This document shows, piece by piece, positions 20,311 through 30,974 of a DNA stretch of 64,000 bases. The DNA lies in NCBI GenBank assembly GCA_030524205.1, contig JAUNGZ010000008.1, positions 15,237-79,236 on the forward strand, in the 5' to 3' direction. Origin of the DNA: Eubacteriales bacterium. GTDB taxonomy: Bacteria; Bacillota; Clostridia; Oscillospirales; Butyricicoccaceae. A model generated the notes under the pieces. That model was not told where the DNA came from and did no database searches. It worked only from the letters and a program-made list of their open reading frames with translations. The position numbers and the translations under genes were made by a program. Position 1 is the first letter of the stretch. Each line of letters begins with the position of its first letter.

Positions 20311-21020
20311 GGATTTTTCCGGCGATTGATCTGAAGGACGGACAGTGCGTCCGGTTACAGCAGGGCGACTACGGCACGGTGCATAAGGTCGCGGAGGACG
20401 CGGTGGAGACCGCCCGCAAGTTTATGGCCGCCGGGGCGGAGCTGATCCACATGGTCGATTTGGACGGCGCGCTTGACGGGCGGCATACCAATTACGATGT
20501 CGTAAAGCGCGTGCTGGCCGAAACCGGCGCGGGCGTCGAGCTGGGCGGCGGCGTGCGCACCATGGAGGATATCGAAGCCGTGCTCGCGCTCGGCGTGCGG
20601 CGCGTGATCATCGGCTCGGCGGCGTTTAAAAACCCGCCGCTGATCGAGCAGGCGGTCAAAAAATACGGCGATAAGATCGCCGTCGGCATCGACGCGAAAA
20701 GCGGAACGGTGCGCATCGAGGGCTGGATCAACGACTCTGGCGCGAATTATTTGGACTTTGCGGAGAAAATGGAAGGCTTCGGCGTCAAAACGATCATTTT
20801 CACCGATATCGAAAAGGACGGCATGCTCAAGGGGCCGAACTTCGACCAGCTCGCCGCGCTGCGCGCGGCGGTTTCCTGCCGCATCATCGCGTCGGGCGGC
20901 GTGTCGACGCTGGAGGACATCCGCGGGCTGAAAAAGCTCGGCATTGACGGCGCGATCGCGGGCAAGGCGGTCTACACCGGCACGCTTGATCTGGCCGCGG
21001 CGATCAAGGAGGCGGAGTGA
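20307..21020 (+). CDS. hisA: ProFAR isomerase
   Basis: [35 protein letters not shown]. Confidence 0.95.
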   Translation: MRIFPAIDLKDGQCVRLQQGDYGTVHKVAEDAVETARKFMAAGAELIHMVDLDGALDGRHTNYDVVKRVLAETGAGVELGGGVRTMEDIEAVLALGVRRVIIGSAAFKNPPLIEQAVKKYGDKIAVGIDAKSGTVRIEGWINDSGANYLDFAEKMEGFGVKTIIFTDIEKDGMLKGPNFDQLAALRAAVSCRIIASGGVSTLEDIRGLKKLGIDGAIAGKAVYTGTLDLAAAIKEAE

Positions 21021-21784
21021 TGCTGGCAAAGCGCATCATTCCCTGTCTGGACGTGAAGGACGGCCGCGTGGTCAAGGGCGTCAATTTCGTCGGCCTGCGG
21101 GACGCGGGCGACCCGGTCGAGCTGGCCAAGTATTATTCGCAGGAGGGCGCGGACGAGATCGTGTTTCTCGACATCACCGCCACCTCGGATAACCGCGATA
21201 CGATCGCGGACGTAGTGCGCCGCACCTGCCGCGAGGTGTTCGTGCCGGTGACCGTGGGCGGCGGCGTCCGCACGGTGGAGGATTTCCGCGATATCCTGCG
21301 CGCGGGCGCGGATAAGATTTCGGTCAATTCCGCCGCGGTTAAAAATCCCGGCTTGGTTTCCGCCGCCGCGGAAAAATACGGCAGCCAATGCGTCGTCGTG
21401 GCGATTGACGGGCGCAAAACCGGCAAAACCCCTTCCGGCTTTGAGGTTTACGTCGCGGGCGGCCGCACGCCGACCGGAATCGACGCCGTTGCGTGGGCCA
21501 AAGAGGTTTATGAGCGCGGCGCGGGCGAGATATTGCTCACCTCGATGGACAGGGACGGCACCAAGTCGGGCTTCGACCTCGAGCTGACGCGCGCGGTCGT
21601 GGACTGCACGGGCATACCGGTGATCGCGTCGGGCGGCTGCGGCTCGCTCGAGCATTTTTCCGAGGTGTTCGAACGGACGGGCTGCGACGCAGCTCTCGCC
21701 GCCAGCCTGTTCCATTACGGCGAGCTGACCGTTTCCGAGGTCAAGCGCCATCTGCAAAGCAAGAAAATACCGGTGAGGTTTTAA
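21020..21784 (+). CDS. hisF: imidazole glycerol phosphate synthase cyclase subunit
   Basis: [25 protein letters not shown]. Confidence 0.95.
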   Translation: MLAKRIIPCLDVKDGRVVKGVNFVGLRDAGDPVELAKYYSQEGADEIVFLDITATSDNRDTIADVVRRTCREVFVPVTVGGGVRTVEDFRDILRAGADKISVNSAAVKNPGLVSAAAEKYGSQCVVVAIDGRKTGKTPSGFEVYVAGGRTPTGIDAVAWAKEVYERGAGEILLTSMDRDGTKSGFDLELTRAVVDCTGIPVIASGGCGSLEHFSEVFERTGCDAALAASLFHYGELTVSEVKRHLQSKKIPVRF

Positions 21785-21787
21785 CAA

Positions 21788-22120
21788 ATGGAATTGTCAA
21801 AGTTTTTTGCAAAAAGCGAGCTGATCCCGGTTGTTTGTCAGGACGAGCGCAGCGGCGAGGTGCTCATGCTGGGCTACGCAAACGAAGAAGCGCTCCGGCT
21901 GACGATGGACACCGGCACGGCGTGGTTTTTCTCGCGCTCGCGGCAGAAGCTGTGGAACAAGGGCGAAACCTCGGGCAATTTTATCTTCGTCTCGAAGATT
22001 TTGTCCGACTGCGACGACGATACGCTAATTTACAGCGGCACGCCCAAGGGGCCGGTCTGCCACACGGGCAACCGCACGTGCTTTTACACGACACTTTGGG
22101 AAAAGGGGAACGAACGATGA
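21788..22120 (+). CDS. hisI: phosphoribosyl-AMP cyclohydrolase
   Basis: [29 protein letters not shown]. Confidence 0.95.
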   Translation: MELSKFFAKSELIPVVCQDERSGEVLMLGYANEEALRLTMDTGTAWFFSRSRQKLWNKGETSGNFIFVSKILSDCDDDTLIYSGTPKGPVCHTGNRTCFYTTLWEKGNER

Positions 22121-22440
22121 ATTCTTTCGAGCAAATGGAGGCTGTGATCGCGCTTCGCCGCGAGCAGCCGCAGGAGGGGTCTTACACCTGCTACCTGTTT
22201 GAAAAGGGGCTGGACAAAATCCTGAAAAAGGTCGGCGAGGAGTGCGCCGAGACCATCATCGCCGCCAAAAACGGCGATAAGGACGAGCTGGTTGGCGAGA
22301 TCAACGACGTGTTCTATCACATGATGGTCATGATGAACGAGTGCGGCGTGACGCTCGGCGAGGTCTGTGCGGAGATGGACAAGCGCGCGGAAAAAATCGG
22401 CAATCTCAAGCAGTTTCACGTGTCCGACCATAATACCTGA
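22117..22440 (+). CDS. hisE: phosphoribosyl-ATP pyrophosphatase
   Basis: [27 protein letters not shown]. Confidence 0.93.
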   Translation: MNSFEQMEAVIALRREQPQEGSYTCYLFEKGLDKILKKVGEECAETIIAAKNGDKDELVGEINDVFYHMMVMMNECGVTLGEVCAEMDKRAEKIGNLKQFHVSDHNT

Positions 22441-22578
22441 CGGCGGGCAGACAACAGAACATTTTCCTTTCCGCCGCCGTGTTGATGGCAGAGAGAAAAA
22501 AAACTCCCCGAAAAATTGCTGTTTTGCAGCAACGGATCGGGGACTTTTTGCTCTTATAGACAGAGAAGGCAAGGCCGG

Positions 22579-22633
22579 TTGACAGATGAGGGATTATCTG
22601 GTATAATTCAACTGTACTAGAACAGATAATACA
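22579..22633 (+). promoter_or_regulatory. promoter plus YtrA-type operator upstream of C39 peptidase
   Basis: TTGACA-17-TATAAT (22579-22607); TGTA-N13-TACA (22613-22633). Confidence 0.65.
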
Positions 22634-22677
22634 GAAAACTGGAAATTTTGGACGGCCGGAGAAAGGAATGTGGAAAA

Positions 22678-23553
22678 ATGGGATACCGGGAATTGGAGTT
22701 GGAACGGCCGCGCAGGACGGCGCCGCGCCGCAGGCGTGTGAAGAAGCGCCGCCGCTGGGGAAGAAAGCTGTTGTTTCTCATCGTGGCGATTTTTGCCGTT
22801 TGCTTTGCAATGCGGCTGGTTCGCGGCGCTTATACGATGAAAGCGTGGGAAACGCGCGGCATTGCCGTAGGCGAAGGGACGGCCGCCGCCATCGTCGAGC
22901 TGTCGCGCAGCGATCGCCGCGCGCAGGCGATTTTGGACAACCCTGAAGCCTATCCGCCTGCGTTTTTGGAGATGCTGGCGAAAAACAGCGAGACGCTCGA
23001 CTTTGTGCTCGGCTATCCCGCCCATCATGACGATCCGCCCGCGCAAAGCCTCGACGAATCGCTGGACAGCGTTCCGCTGCTGCTGCAATGGGACGCGCGC
23101 TGGGGTTATCAGCCCTATGGGGAAAGCACGGTCGCGGTCAGCGGCTGCGCGCCCGCGTGCCTCGCCATGGCCGCCTCTTACCTGACCGGAAACGCGCAGA
23201 TCACGCCGTACAGCGTGGCGCAGTATGCTGCGGAGCAGGGATACTATGTGCCGGGAGAGGGGACAAGCTGGGATCTGCTCCACACCGGCGCGCGGGCGTT
23301 CGGCGTCGCGGCCGAGGAGCTGTCGCTCGGGAAGGAGCAGATCGACGCCGCGCTTGACGCCGGGCATCCGGTGATTTGCAGCATGCTGCCGGGTGATTTT
23401 ACCACTTCGGGGCATTTTATCGTGCTGTACGGGCGCACGGCGGACGGCTATGCCGTGCGCGACCCCAACAGCCGCGCACGCAGCGAAAAAGCGTGGAGCT
23501 ACGACACGCTTTCCGGCCAGATCGGCAACCTGTGGGCGTGCTGCGCCGCGTGA
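22678..23553 (+). CDS. membrane-anchored C39-like peptidase
   Basis: basic N-terminus plus TM helix; LQWDARWG, SGCAPACLAM, GDFTTSGHFIV, DPNS. Confidence 0.8.
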   Translation: MGYRELELERPRRTAPRRRRVKKRRRWGRKLLFLIVAIFAVCFAMRLVRGAYTMKAWETRGIAVGEGTAAAIVELSRSDRRAQAILDNPEAYPPAFLEMLAKNSETLDFVLGYPAHHDDPPAQSLDESLDSVPLLLQWDARWGYQPYGESTVAVSGCAPACLAMAASYLTGNAQITPYSVAQYAAEQGYYVPGEGTSWDLLHTGARAFGVAAEELSLGKEQIDAALDAGHPVICSMLPGDFTTSGHFIVLYGRTADGYAVRDPNSRARSEKAWSYDTLSGQIGNLWACCAA

Positions 23554-23609
23554 CGCGCGGGCTTGCCTCCGGACGCGGGATATGGTATACTGCATGACGA
23601 GGTGATACC

Positions 23610-24089
23610 ATGCGCAGAAAAGATAGAGAACTGCACGGGCGTGAAAATATCGAACCAATTTTAAAAGCGTGCAAGGTGTGCCGCATTGCCATGATCGCGG
23701 ACGGCAAGCCTTATGTGATCCCGATGAATTTCGGCTATGAATGGGACGAGGCCGGCCTGACGCTGTACTTCCACAGCGGGCTCAGGGGCAAGAAGATCGA
23801 CGCGCTGCGCGCGGATCCGCACGTTTGCTTCGAGCTGGACGTCGAGGACGGCGTGACGGGCGAGGGCGACGTTGCGTGTAAATACAGCTATGCGTTTTCG
23901 TCCATTGTGGGCGAAGGCAGCATGCGCTTTGCGCAGGATAACGAGGAAAAGCGCCGCGGCTTCGACGTGATCATGCGGCACCTGACCGGACGGGACGGCT
24001 GGACGTATTCGGACGCGCATCTGTCTGTCGCCGAGGTGTTTTGGGTGCGCGCGGATTCGTTCGAAGCGTCGCGCAAGCCGCAGAAATAG
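23610..24089 (+). CDS. pyridoxamine 5'-phosphate oxidase-like / Nim family flavoprotein
   Basis: MRRKDRE, PYVIPMNFGY, LYFHS..GKK, VCFE. Confidence 0.8.
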   Translation: MRRKDRELHGRENIEPILKACKVCRIAMIADGKPYVIPMNFGYEWDEAGLTLYFHSGLRGKKIDALRADPHVCFELDVEDGVTGEGDVACKYSYAFSSIVGEGSMRFAQDNEEKRRGFDVIMRHLTGRDGWTYSDAHLSVAEVFWVRADSFEASRKPQK

Positions 24090-24190
24090 AAAAAACGCCG
24101 CCCGGTGCGTCCGGCGCGGCGTTTTACTTTTCTGGGGAACGGTGGGGGATAGGCGCGCAGGCTTCAGGCAAACGGGACAAAGGTGGAATA

Positions 24191-24790
24191 TCAGTCCCAG
24201 AAGGCTTGCGCGATTCGGTCGGCTTGGGCTTCGGCCTGTTGCAGAATGGCTTCCACGTCGTTGCCCACAACGTCCAGCCCGTCGGCGGCAAGGCTGTCGA
24301 ACCGGCCGACGCCCAGCACCTTGCACAGCGAGCGTAGGTACGCCGAGGCGTGATCGGTCAGCGCGGGATCGCTGTCGTCCACATAGCCGCCGCGCGTTGT
24401 CACATGCAGCAGCCGGTGCGGCGCGCAGTCGCCCACCGGGTAGCCCTGCTCGTTGTAGTGGAAGGTCAGCCCGATCACGCACAGGCGCTCGAGATAGGCG
24501 CGCACCATAGCGGGAACGCTCATATCCCAAAACGGGCAGGCCAGCACGACGGCGTCCGCGTTTTTGAACTGATTGGCCAAGGCGAAAAACGGCGCGTCAA
24601 ACGCGCCCGCGGCGGATAAAGCGTCCCGCTCCGCAAGCGTTTGCGTGTCCAGCGGGGCGATATGCAGCGCGGGCAGCTGTAAAACGTCGATTTCGGCGTC
24701 CGGTATGCGGCTGACGACCCGCCGCGCAAGCCGCAGGGTGCGCGAATCCGCACCGCGGACGCAGCCATTGACAAACAGTACTTTTTTCAT
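24191..24790 (-). CDS. flavodoxin-fold NAD(P)H oxidoreductase (AzoR/AcpD-like)
   Basis: SRTLRLA, ACPFWDMSVPA, TTRGG, ADGLD. Confidence 0.8.
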   Translation of the reverse strand: MKKVLFVNGCVRGADSRTLRLARRVVSRIPDAEIDVLQLPALHIAPLDTQTLAERDALSAAGAFDAPFFALANQFKNADAVVLACPFWDMSVPAMVRAYLERLCVIGLTFHYNEQGYPVGDCAPHRLLHVTTRGGYVDDSDPALTDHASAYLRSLCKVLGVGRFDSLAADGLDVVGNDVEAILQQAEAQADRIAQAFWD

Positions 24791-24881
24791 GATCTCCTCA
24801 CTCCTTTCCGCCTATCATAGCATAAAAGCAGCCTGCGGGCAAACGAAAACCGGCGGCCGAAAGGCCGCCGGCTGCTGCGCA

Positions 24882-25505
24882 TTACCGCTTGACAAACTTG
24901 CTGCGCGGCGCGCGGCAGATCGGGCAGATGAAATCGTCCGGAATGTCCTCGGCAAGGCGGACATAGCCGCAGACCGTGCACTTCCAGCCCGCGTCGGGGT
25001 CGAGTGTGTGGAAAACGGGGGCGGCGGGCGGCACGTCCTTGCCGCGGCCCTCAAATTCCTTGACGGTCAGGCAGTCGCCGTCGCCGAGCACCTCGGCGTC
25101 AATAAGCTCGCAGATGAACAGGGTATACGAGCCGATGGCGACGGTTTCGGTTACCTTCAGGCTGAGGCGGGACACCATGCCGTCCTTAAGGTAAGGGCAG
25201 CCCTGCGCGTCGGTTTCAAAGGGGAAGGCCGCGAATTTGTCGATCGCGCGTCCGGATTTATAGCCGAACTCATTGACAATTTTTTCATCCGCGTCCTTGG
25301 CGAGCAGGGTGACGGCGGCAACGCCGCTTTTTTTCAGCGCGGCGCAGGTGGCGGAGTCGCCGTTCATCGACAGCGTGAACTTCGGCGGGCGCGCCGAGGT
25401 CGCCTGATGCAGGGAGTTGATGATGCAGCCGAAGTTTTTCCCGTCTGCCGCGGTGGAAACCAGCGCAAGGCTGTAATTGAGTTTTTTGTAAGCAGCGTTA
25501 TCCAT
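24882..25505 (-). CDS. flavin reductase-rubredoxin fusion (high-molecular-weight rubredoxin)
   Basis: flavin reductase fold (FGYKSGRAIDKF) plus C-terminal CTVC..CPIC. Confidence 0.85.
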   Translation of the reverse strand: MDNAAYKKLNYSLALVSTAADGKNFGCIINSLHQATSARPPKFTLSMNGDSATCAALKKSGVAAVTLLAKDADEKIVNEFGYKSGRAIDKFAAFPFETDAQGCPYLKDGMVSRLSLKVTETVAIGSYTLFICELIDAEVLGDGDCLTVKEFEGRGKDVPPAAPVFHTLDPDAGWKCTVCGYVRLAEDIPDDFICPICRAPRSKFVKR

Positions 25506-25525
25506 AATAACCGATCCTTTCCAAC

Positions 25526-25583
25526 TAATGAAAATAATTCTTAATTACAAATAAATACTACCATAATCCTTTACGGATTGCTA
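25526..25583 (-). promoter_or_regulatory. promoter with Fur/PerR-like box
   Basis: TGAAAATAATTCTTA (25529-25543) resembles the 7-1-7 Fur-family box; minus-strand TAGCAA-17-TAGTAT. Confidence 0.45.
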
Positions 25584-25622
25584 CGGCAAAACGCATAAAA
25601 ATAAGAATGTTTTATTGTGCAA

Positions 25623-25970
25623 TTAGAACAGGTTTTTCAGGCTCGGTTTTTCCAAATCGGGCAGATGGCGCAGCTGAATGAGAAGCTCGGCGCGGTCAAG
25701 GGCGTAGTCGCCCTGCTCGCCGGCGGCCTTTGCGGTGCGGACGCGCTCGAACAAGCGGTCCGCCTCGTCGATTTCCTCATGCAGCAGCAGCGCGCCGAAG
25801 CGGGTTTCAGCGGCGCTCCACTTTTCATGCGCGGCTTCCAGCCGGCCGGCTTCGATTTCGGCTATGATTTCGTCCACGGTCGTTTCGACTGTCCGGCTGC
25901 TCCAGACGCTGCCCCAGATCAAAAGCGCAAAAAGCGCGATTGCAATCCATAACCGACGCATCTCACACAC
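25623..25970 (-). CDS. DUF4363-like protein
   Basis: N-terminal TM, LLHEEIDE, C-terminal PSLKNLF; usual partner of DUF421. Confidence 0.7.
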   Translation of the reverse strand: MCEMRRLWIAIALFALLIWGSVWSSRTVETTVDEIIAEIEAGRLEAAHEKWSAAETRFGALLLHEEIDEADRLFERVRTAKAAGEQGDYALDRAELLIQLRHLPDLEKPSLKNLF

Positions 25971-26637
25971 CGTCCTTTCGCTGCAGGAAGGTGTTGCCGC
26001 AGTCGTCGAGCGTCATCAAAAAGACGTCCTCCAGCGCGACGCTTTGATTCTTCAGCCGGTTTTCGATATCCTTACGGTCGATCTGCAAAATTTGCAGCGA
26101 GCGGGACACCAGCTTGCCGTCGGATACGACGACGAGCGGCAGTCCGGTGTCCCTGGGCGTCAGGCCGAGCATTTCGGCGGTCACCGGCTGCTGGGGCTGC
26201 TTGAGGATGACCGACAGCGTGCCGTCCGGCTCGATGACGCCGTATTTGACGTCGGACACCGCGGTCACGTTCTGCTTGCGCAGCGTTTCGATGATTTCGT
26301 CGTTTGTCAGGCGCATCTGCCGCAGCTTTTTGATATCAAGCTGTCCCCGGCGGATGATGATGGCGGGCTGGCCGTTGAGCAGGCGGCGGAAGGAGCGGCT
26401 TTTCAGCGCGATAAAGCTCATCAGGATTTCCAGCGCGACCAGCGCGCCGATCGGCACCAATCCGGCGAACAGCGGAATGCCGAGATCCTGCATCGGAATG
26501 GCGGCCAGATCGGAAATCAAAATCGTGACGACCAGCTCGGAAGGGTCAAGCTCGCCGATCTGCCGCTTGCCCATCATGCGCACGGCTACAACGACGGCGA
26601 TATACAGAATCAGGGTTCGCAGCAGTGGTACGGACAT
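25963..26637 (-). CDS. DUF421 / YetF family membrane protein
   Basis: RMMGKRQIGEL, IEPDGTLSV. Confidence 0.85.
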   Translation of the reverse strand: MSVPLLRTLILYIAVVVAVRMMGKRQIGELDPSELVVTILISDLAAIPMQDLGIPLFAGLVPIGALVALEILMSFIALKSRSFRRLLNGQPAIIIRRGQLDIKKLRQMRLTNDEIIETLRKQNVTAVSDVKYGVIEPDGTLSVILKQPQQPVTAEMLGLTPRDTGLPLVVVSDGKLVSRSLQILQIDRKDIENRLKNQSVALEDVFLMTLDDCGNTFLQRKDGV

Positions 26638-26740
26638 AATTACAGCCTCGTTTCTTGATGGATTCGGGTATAGTATGGCGCGCAAACGGGGGATTATCCC
26701 TGTGACAATAATTTATCACAGTAAAAGACGAAAAAACCGG

Positions 26741-26769
26741 TTGACAATCCGCGGGGACGGACTTATAAT
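26741..26769 (+). promoter_or_regulatory. ilv operon promoter
   Basis: perfect TTGACA-17-TATAAT. Confidence 0.85.
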
Positions 26770-26794
26770 GATTAAGTACATTTCCAATATAGCA

Positions 26795-27060
26795 AAAAGC
26801 GATGAACGGAAAAGTAGCGTCCGGAATCCTTGAGAGAGCCGTCGGCCGGTGCGAGACGGTGGGGGAAGGAACCGCGAAAGTCCTCCGCGAGCAGAGCGTC
26901 TGAAAAGGGATGAAACAAGGCCCCGTGTAAGCCGTTCCGCATGATCTGCGTTAACGGATCGGGTGAGTGGTCGCGCCCAAGCGGGGTGCGCGGCAAAAAG
27001 AGTGGTACCGCAGAGTGTAGTCTTTGTCTCTTATTATGGGAGGCGAAGGCTTTTTTTATT
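26795..27060 (+). ncRNA. T-box riboswitch leader of ilvBNCD
   Basis: GA motif (GCGATGAA), AGTA S-turn, AGAGA and GGTG motifs in stem I, T-box AAGAGTGGTACCGC (26998-27011), terminator with T tract at 27020-27060. Confidence 0.9.
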
Positions 27061-27082
27061 TTGAGAAAGGAGGCGGATTCGC

Positions 27083-28747
27083 ATGTTAAAAAACGGTTCG
27101 GAGATTTTGGTGGATGTGCTCGTCGAGCAGGGGGTCGATACGATTTTCGGCTATCCGGGCGGCTCGGTCCTCAACATTTACGACGCGCTTTATAAGAACA
27201 GCGACCGCATTCGACATATCCTGACCGCCCATGAACAGGGCGCGTCTCACGCCGCCGACGGCTACGCGAGAGCCACCGGCAAAGTAGGCGTCTGCCTCGC
27301 GACGAGCGGCCCGGGCGCAACCAATCTGGTCACGGGCATCGCCACCGCGTATATGGATTCTATTCCCATGGTCGCCATCACCGGCAACGTCGGCACGAGC
27401 CTGATCGGGCGCGATTCCTTTCAGGAGGTCTACATAGCCGGCATCACCATGCCGATCACCAAGCACAATTTTGTGGTGCGCCATGTCGACGAGTTGGCCG
27501 ATACCATCCGCGATGCGTTCCGCATCGCCTCCTCCGGCCGTCCCGGCCCCGTGCTGGTCGACCTGCCCAAGGACATTACCGCGGCAATGGGCGAATATGT
27601 GCCCAAGCCGCTGCCCGAGGCCAAGGAAATCAACGAGGTGCAGGAGGAACAGCTCCAGCACGTCGCCGCGCTGATCGCGGCCTCCAAGCGCCCGATTATC
27701 TACTACGGCGGCGGCGTAGCGCTTGCGGACGCGGGCGACGACCTGCTCGCGCTGATGAAGAAGGCCGATATTCCCGCCACGCATACCATGATGGCCATCG
27801 GCGCGGTGCCGGGCGAGGAACCGCTCGAGCTCGGATTGGTCGGCATGCACGGCAAGGTGTCCGCCGCGTGGGCGATCGACCGCTGCGATCTGCTGCTGTC
27901 CATCGGCGCGCGCTTTTCCGACCGGGTTGCGACCAATACGGGTCGTTTCGCGCCGGACGCGAAGATTGTGCACGTCGATATCGACGCGGCTGAGATTAAC
28001 AAAAACGTCGGCACCGATTATTCGATTGTGTGCGACGCCGACCATTTCCTGAAAGCGGTTCTGCCGTATGTGCGGGAAATGAAGCACGACGCGTGGCGCA
28101 CGCAGATCGGCGAATGGAAGAAGAAGCTGGACTATGTGCCGAAGGACGACGACAGCGTGCTCAAGCCGCATCAGGTGATCGAGCTTGCCGCCGAGATGGG
28201 CGGCGAGGATGCGATTTTCGTCACCGACGTCGGCCAGCATCAGCTTTGGGCGGCGCAGTACTGCGGGCGCAACCGCATCCACCAGTTCATCACCTCGGGC
28301 GGCCTCGGCACGATGGGCTTCGGCTACGGCGCGGCTATGGGCGCGCAGGTCGCCCGGCCGGAAAAAACCGTGCTGCATATCACGGGCGACGGCTCCTTCC
28401 ACATGAACCTGAACGAGCTGGTCACCTCGGTTTCTTACAATCTGCCGGTCATCACGCTTATCATGAACAACCGCGTGCTGGGCATGGTGCGCCAGTGGCA
28501 GACCATGTTTTACGAAAAACGCTATTCCGCGACCGATCCCGAGCGCCAAACCGATTATGTCAAGCTGGCCGAGGCGTTCGGCGCGCGCGGCTTCCGCGTG
28601 GAAAACCTTGCCGAGCTGCGCGCTGCGCTGACCGCGGCGCTTGACCGCACCGGCCCCGTCGTCATCGACTGCCGGATCGACAAGGACGAGCGCGTGCTGC
28701 CCATGATCCCGGCGGGCGGCACGGTCGACGACATCGTGTCGGGCTGA
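27083..28747 (+). CDS. ilvB: acetolactate synthase large subunit
   Basis: FGYPGG, HEQGASHAADGYAR, TDVGQHQ, GDGSFHMN, GMVRQWQ. Confidence 0.95.
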   Translation: MLKNGSEILVDVLVEQGVDTIFGYPGGSVLNIYDALYKNSDRIRHILTAHEQGASHAADGYARATGKVGVCLATSGPGATNLVTGIATAYMDSIPMVAITGNVGTSLIGRDSFQEVYIAGITMPITKHNFVVRHVDELADTIRDAFRIASSGRPGPVLVDLPKDITAAMGEYVPKPLPEAKEINEVQEEQLQHVAALIAASKRPIIYYGGGVALADAGDDLLALMKKADIPATHTMMAIGAVPGEEPLELGLVGMHGKVSAAWAIDRCDLLLSIGARFSDRVATNTGRFAPDAKIVHVDIDAAEINKNVGTDYSIVCDADHFLKAVLPYVREMKHDAWRTQIGEWKKKLDYVPKDDDSVLKPHQVIELAAEMGGEDAIFVTDVGQHQLWAAQYCGRNRIHQFITSGGLGTMGFGYGAAMGAQVARPEKTVLHITGDGSFHMNLNELVTSVSYNLPVITLIMNNRVLGMVRQWQTMFYEKRYSATDPERQTDYVKLAEAFGARGFRVENLAELRAALTAALDRTGPVVIDCRIDKDERVLPMIPAGGTVDDIVSG

Positions 28748-28759
28748 GGAGAAGACAAT

Positions 28760-29236
28760 ATGAAAAAATATATTCTTTCCGTGCTGGTCAAGAATAATTC
28801 GGGCGTTCTGGCCCGCGTGTCCAGCCTGTTCGGCCGCCGCGGCTACAATATCGACTCGCTGACCGTTTCCGCGACCACCGACCCGAAAATTTCGCGCATG
28901 TCGATCGTCGTGACGGGCGACGCGCCTATTTTGGAGCAGATCATCAAGCAGGTCTCCAAGCTGGAGGAAGTGCTCTGGATCGAGCATCTGCAGGAGCACG
29001 ATTCCTACTGCCGCGAGCTGGTATTCGTCAAGCTGCTGGCCGAGACCGGCGACGTGCGCGACGCGATCCGCCAGCTTTCCGAGCTGTATGGGGCGCGCAT
29101 CGTCGAATCGACGGGCAGCGCGATTATTGTCGAGCTGACCGAGGTGCCCAGCCGCATCGACGCATTTCTGGACGTCGTCTCGAATTTCGAGGTGCTGGAG
29201 ATGTGCCGGTCGGGGGTCACAGCCATACTGAAATAG
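28760..29236 (+). CDS. ilvN: acetolactate synthase small subunit
   Basis: GVLARVSSLFGRRGYNIDSL (ACT domain), EMCRSG. Confidence 0.93.
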   Translation: MKKYILSVLVKNNSGVLARVSSLFGRRGYNIDSLTVSATTDPKISRMSIVVTGDAPILEQIIKQVSKLEEVLWIEHLQEHDSYCRELVFVKLLAETGDVRDAIRQLSELYGARIVESTGSAIIVELTEVPSRIDAFLDVVSNFEVLEMCRSGVTAILK

Positions 29237-29525
29237 TCTAGGGGGCTTCAAAAGCCCCCTAGATACGGAGACGGATTTCTTTGAAATCCGTCTCCGATAC
29301 CCGAATGACGCGGCCCAAGGCCGCTGGGGTCGGGGAATCGAAAACACGGGCGAAGCTCGCGTTTTCGATGGAAACGGCGTGGCCGTTTCCGATGGAATCG
29401 CGCCTGTCGGCGCGGGAGAAGGCTCGCCATCCTTTGGATGGCTGCCTTGCGGATGGGCTTTGCGAGCAAAGCCTGATCCGATGCCGCGAACAGAAGTGCG
29501 CGGGGCGCTGCGGCGCAAGTTATTT
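29236..29525. repeat. modular hairpin-array intergenic element, copy B
   Basis: colinear with 4929-5110: identical first hairpin and linkers, different but complementary stems. Confidence 0.8.
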
Positions 29526-29561
29526 TCGTTATCCTAATTCACTTTCTATACATAACCTTAG

Positions 29562-30569
<1,008 letters not shown>

Positions 30570-30955
30570 TTCGATTGCAAGCACGCTTGCAATCGAGATA
30601 GGTCTTGCCGGGCAAAGCCCGGACAAGATCCGGGGCGCGAAAAAGTTCCGACGAGCGAAACTTTTTCGCGCCAGAAGTATAAAAACCCACGCGCATGTCG
30701 CGGGTTTTTATGAAAATGGAAGCGTAGCTTTCATTTTCTGCTAAAAGCCGCGCCGTAGGCGCAATTCAAACAGAAAATGGCGGCAGCGCCGCCATTTTCA
30801 TAAAAAGTCAGGACATGCGCCTGACTTTTTATACAAACCGCCGGAGAAGTGTGCCCGTAGGGCGCGCTTCGTAGGCGGCAAAACTCGATCGCGAGCGTGG
30901 TCGCGATCGACAACACCCCGAACGGGCGGACGGAATATCCCGTCCGCCCGTTTGC
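30570..30955. repeat. modular hairpin-array intergenic element, copy C
   Basis: about 10 hairpins; GCGCATGTC-loop module in both orientations; GGCAAAACTCGATC module shared with copy A. Confidence 0.75.
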
Positions 30956-30974
30956 GCATAAGGAGGAAAAACCA

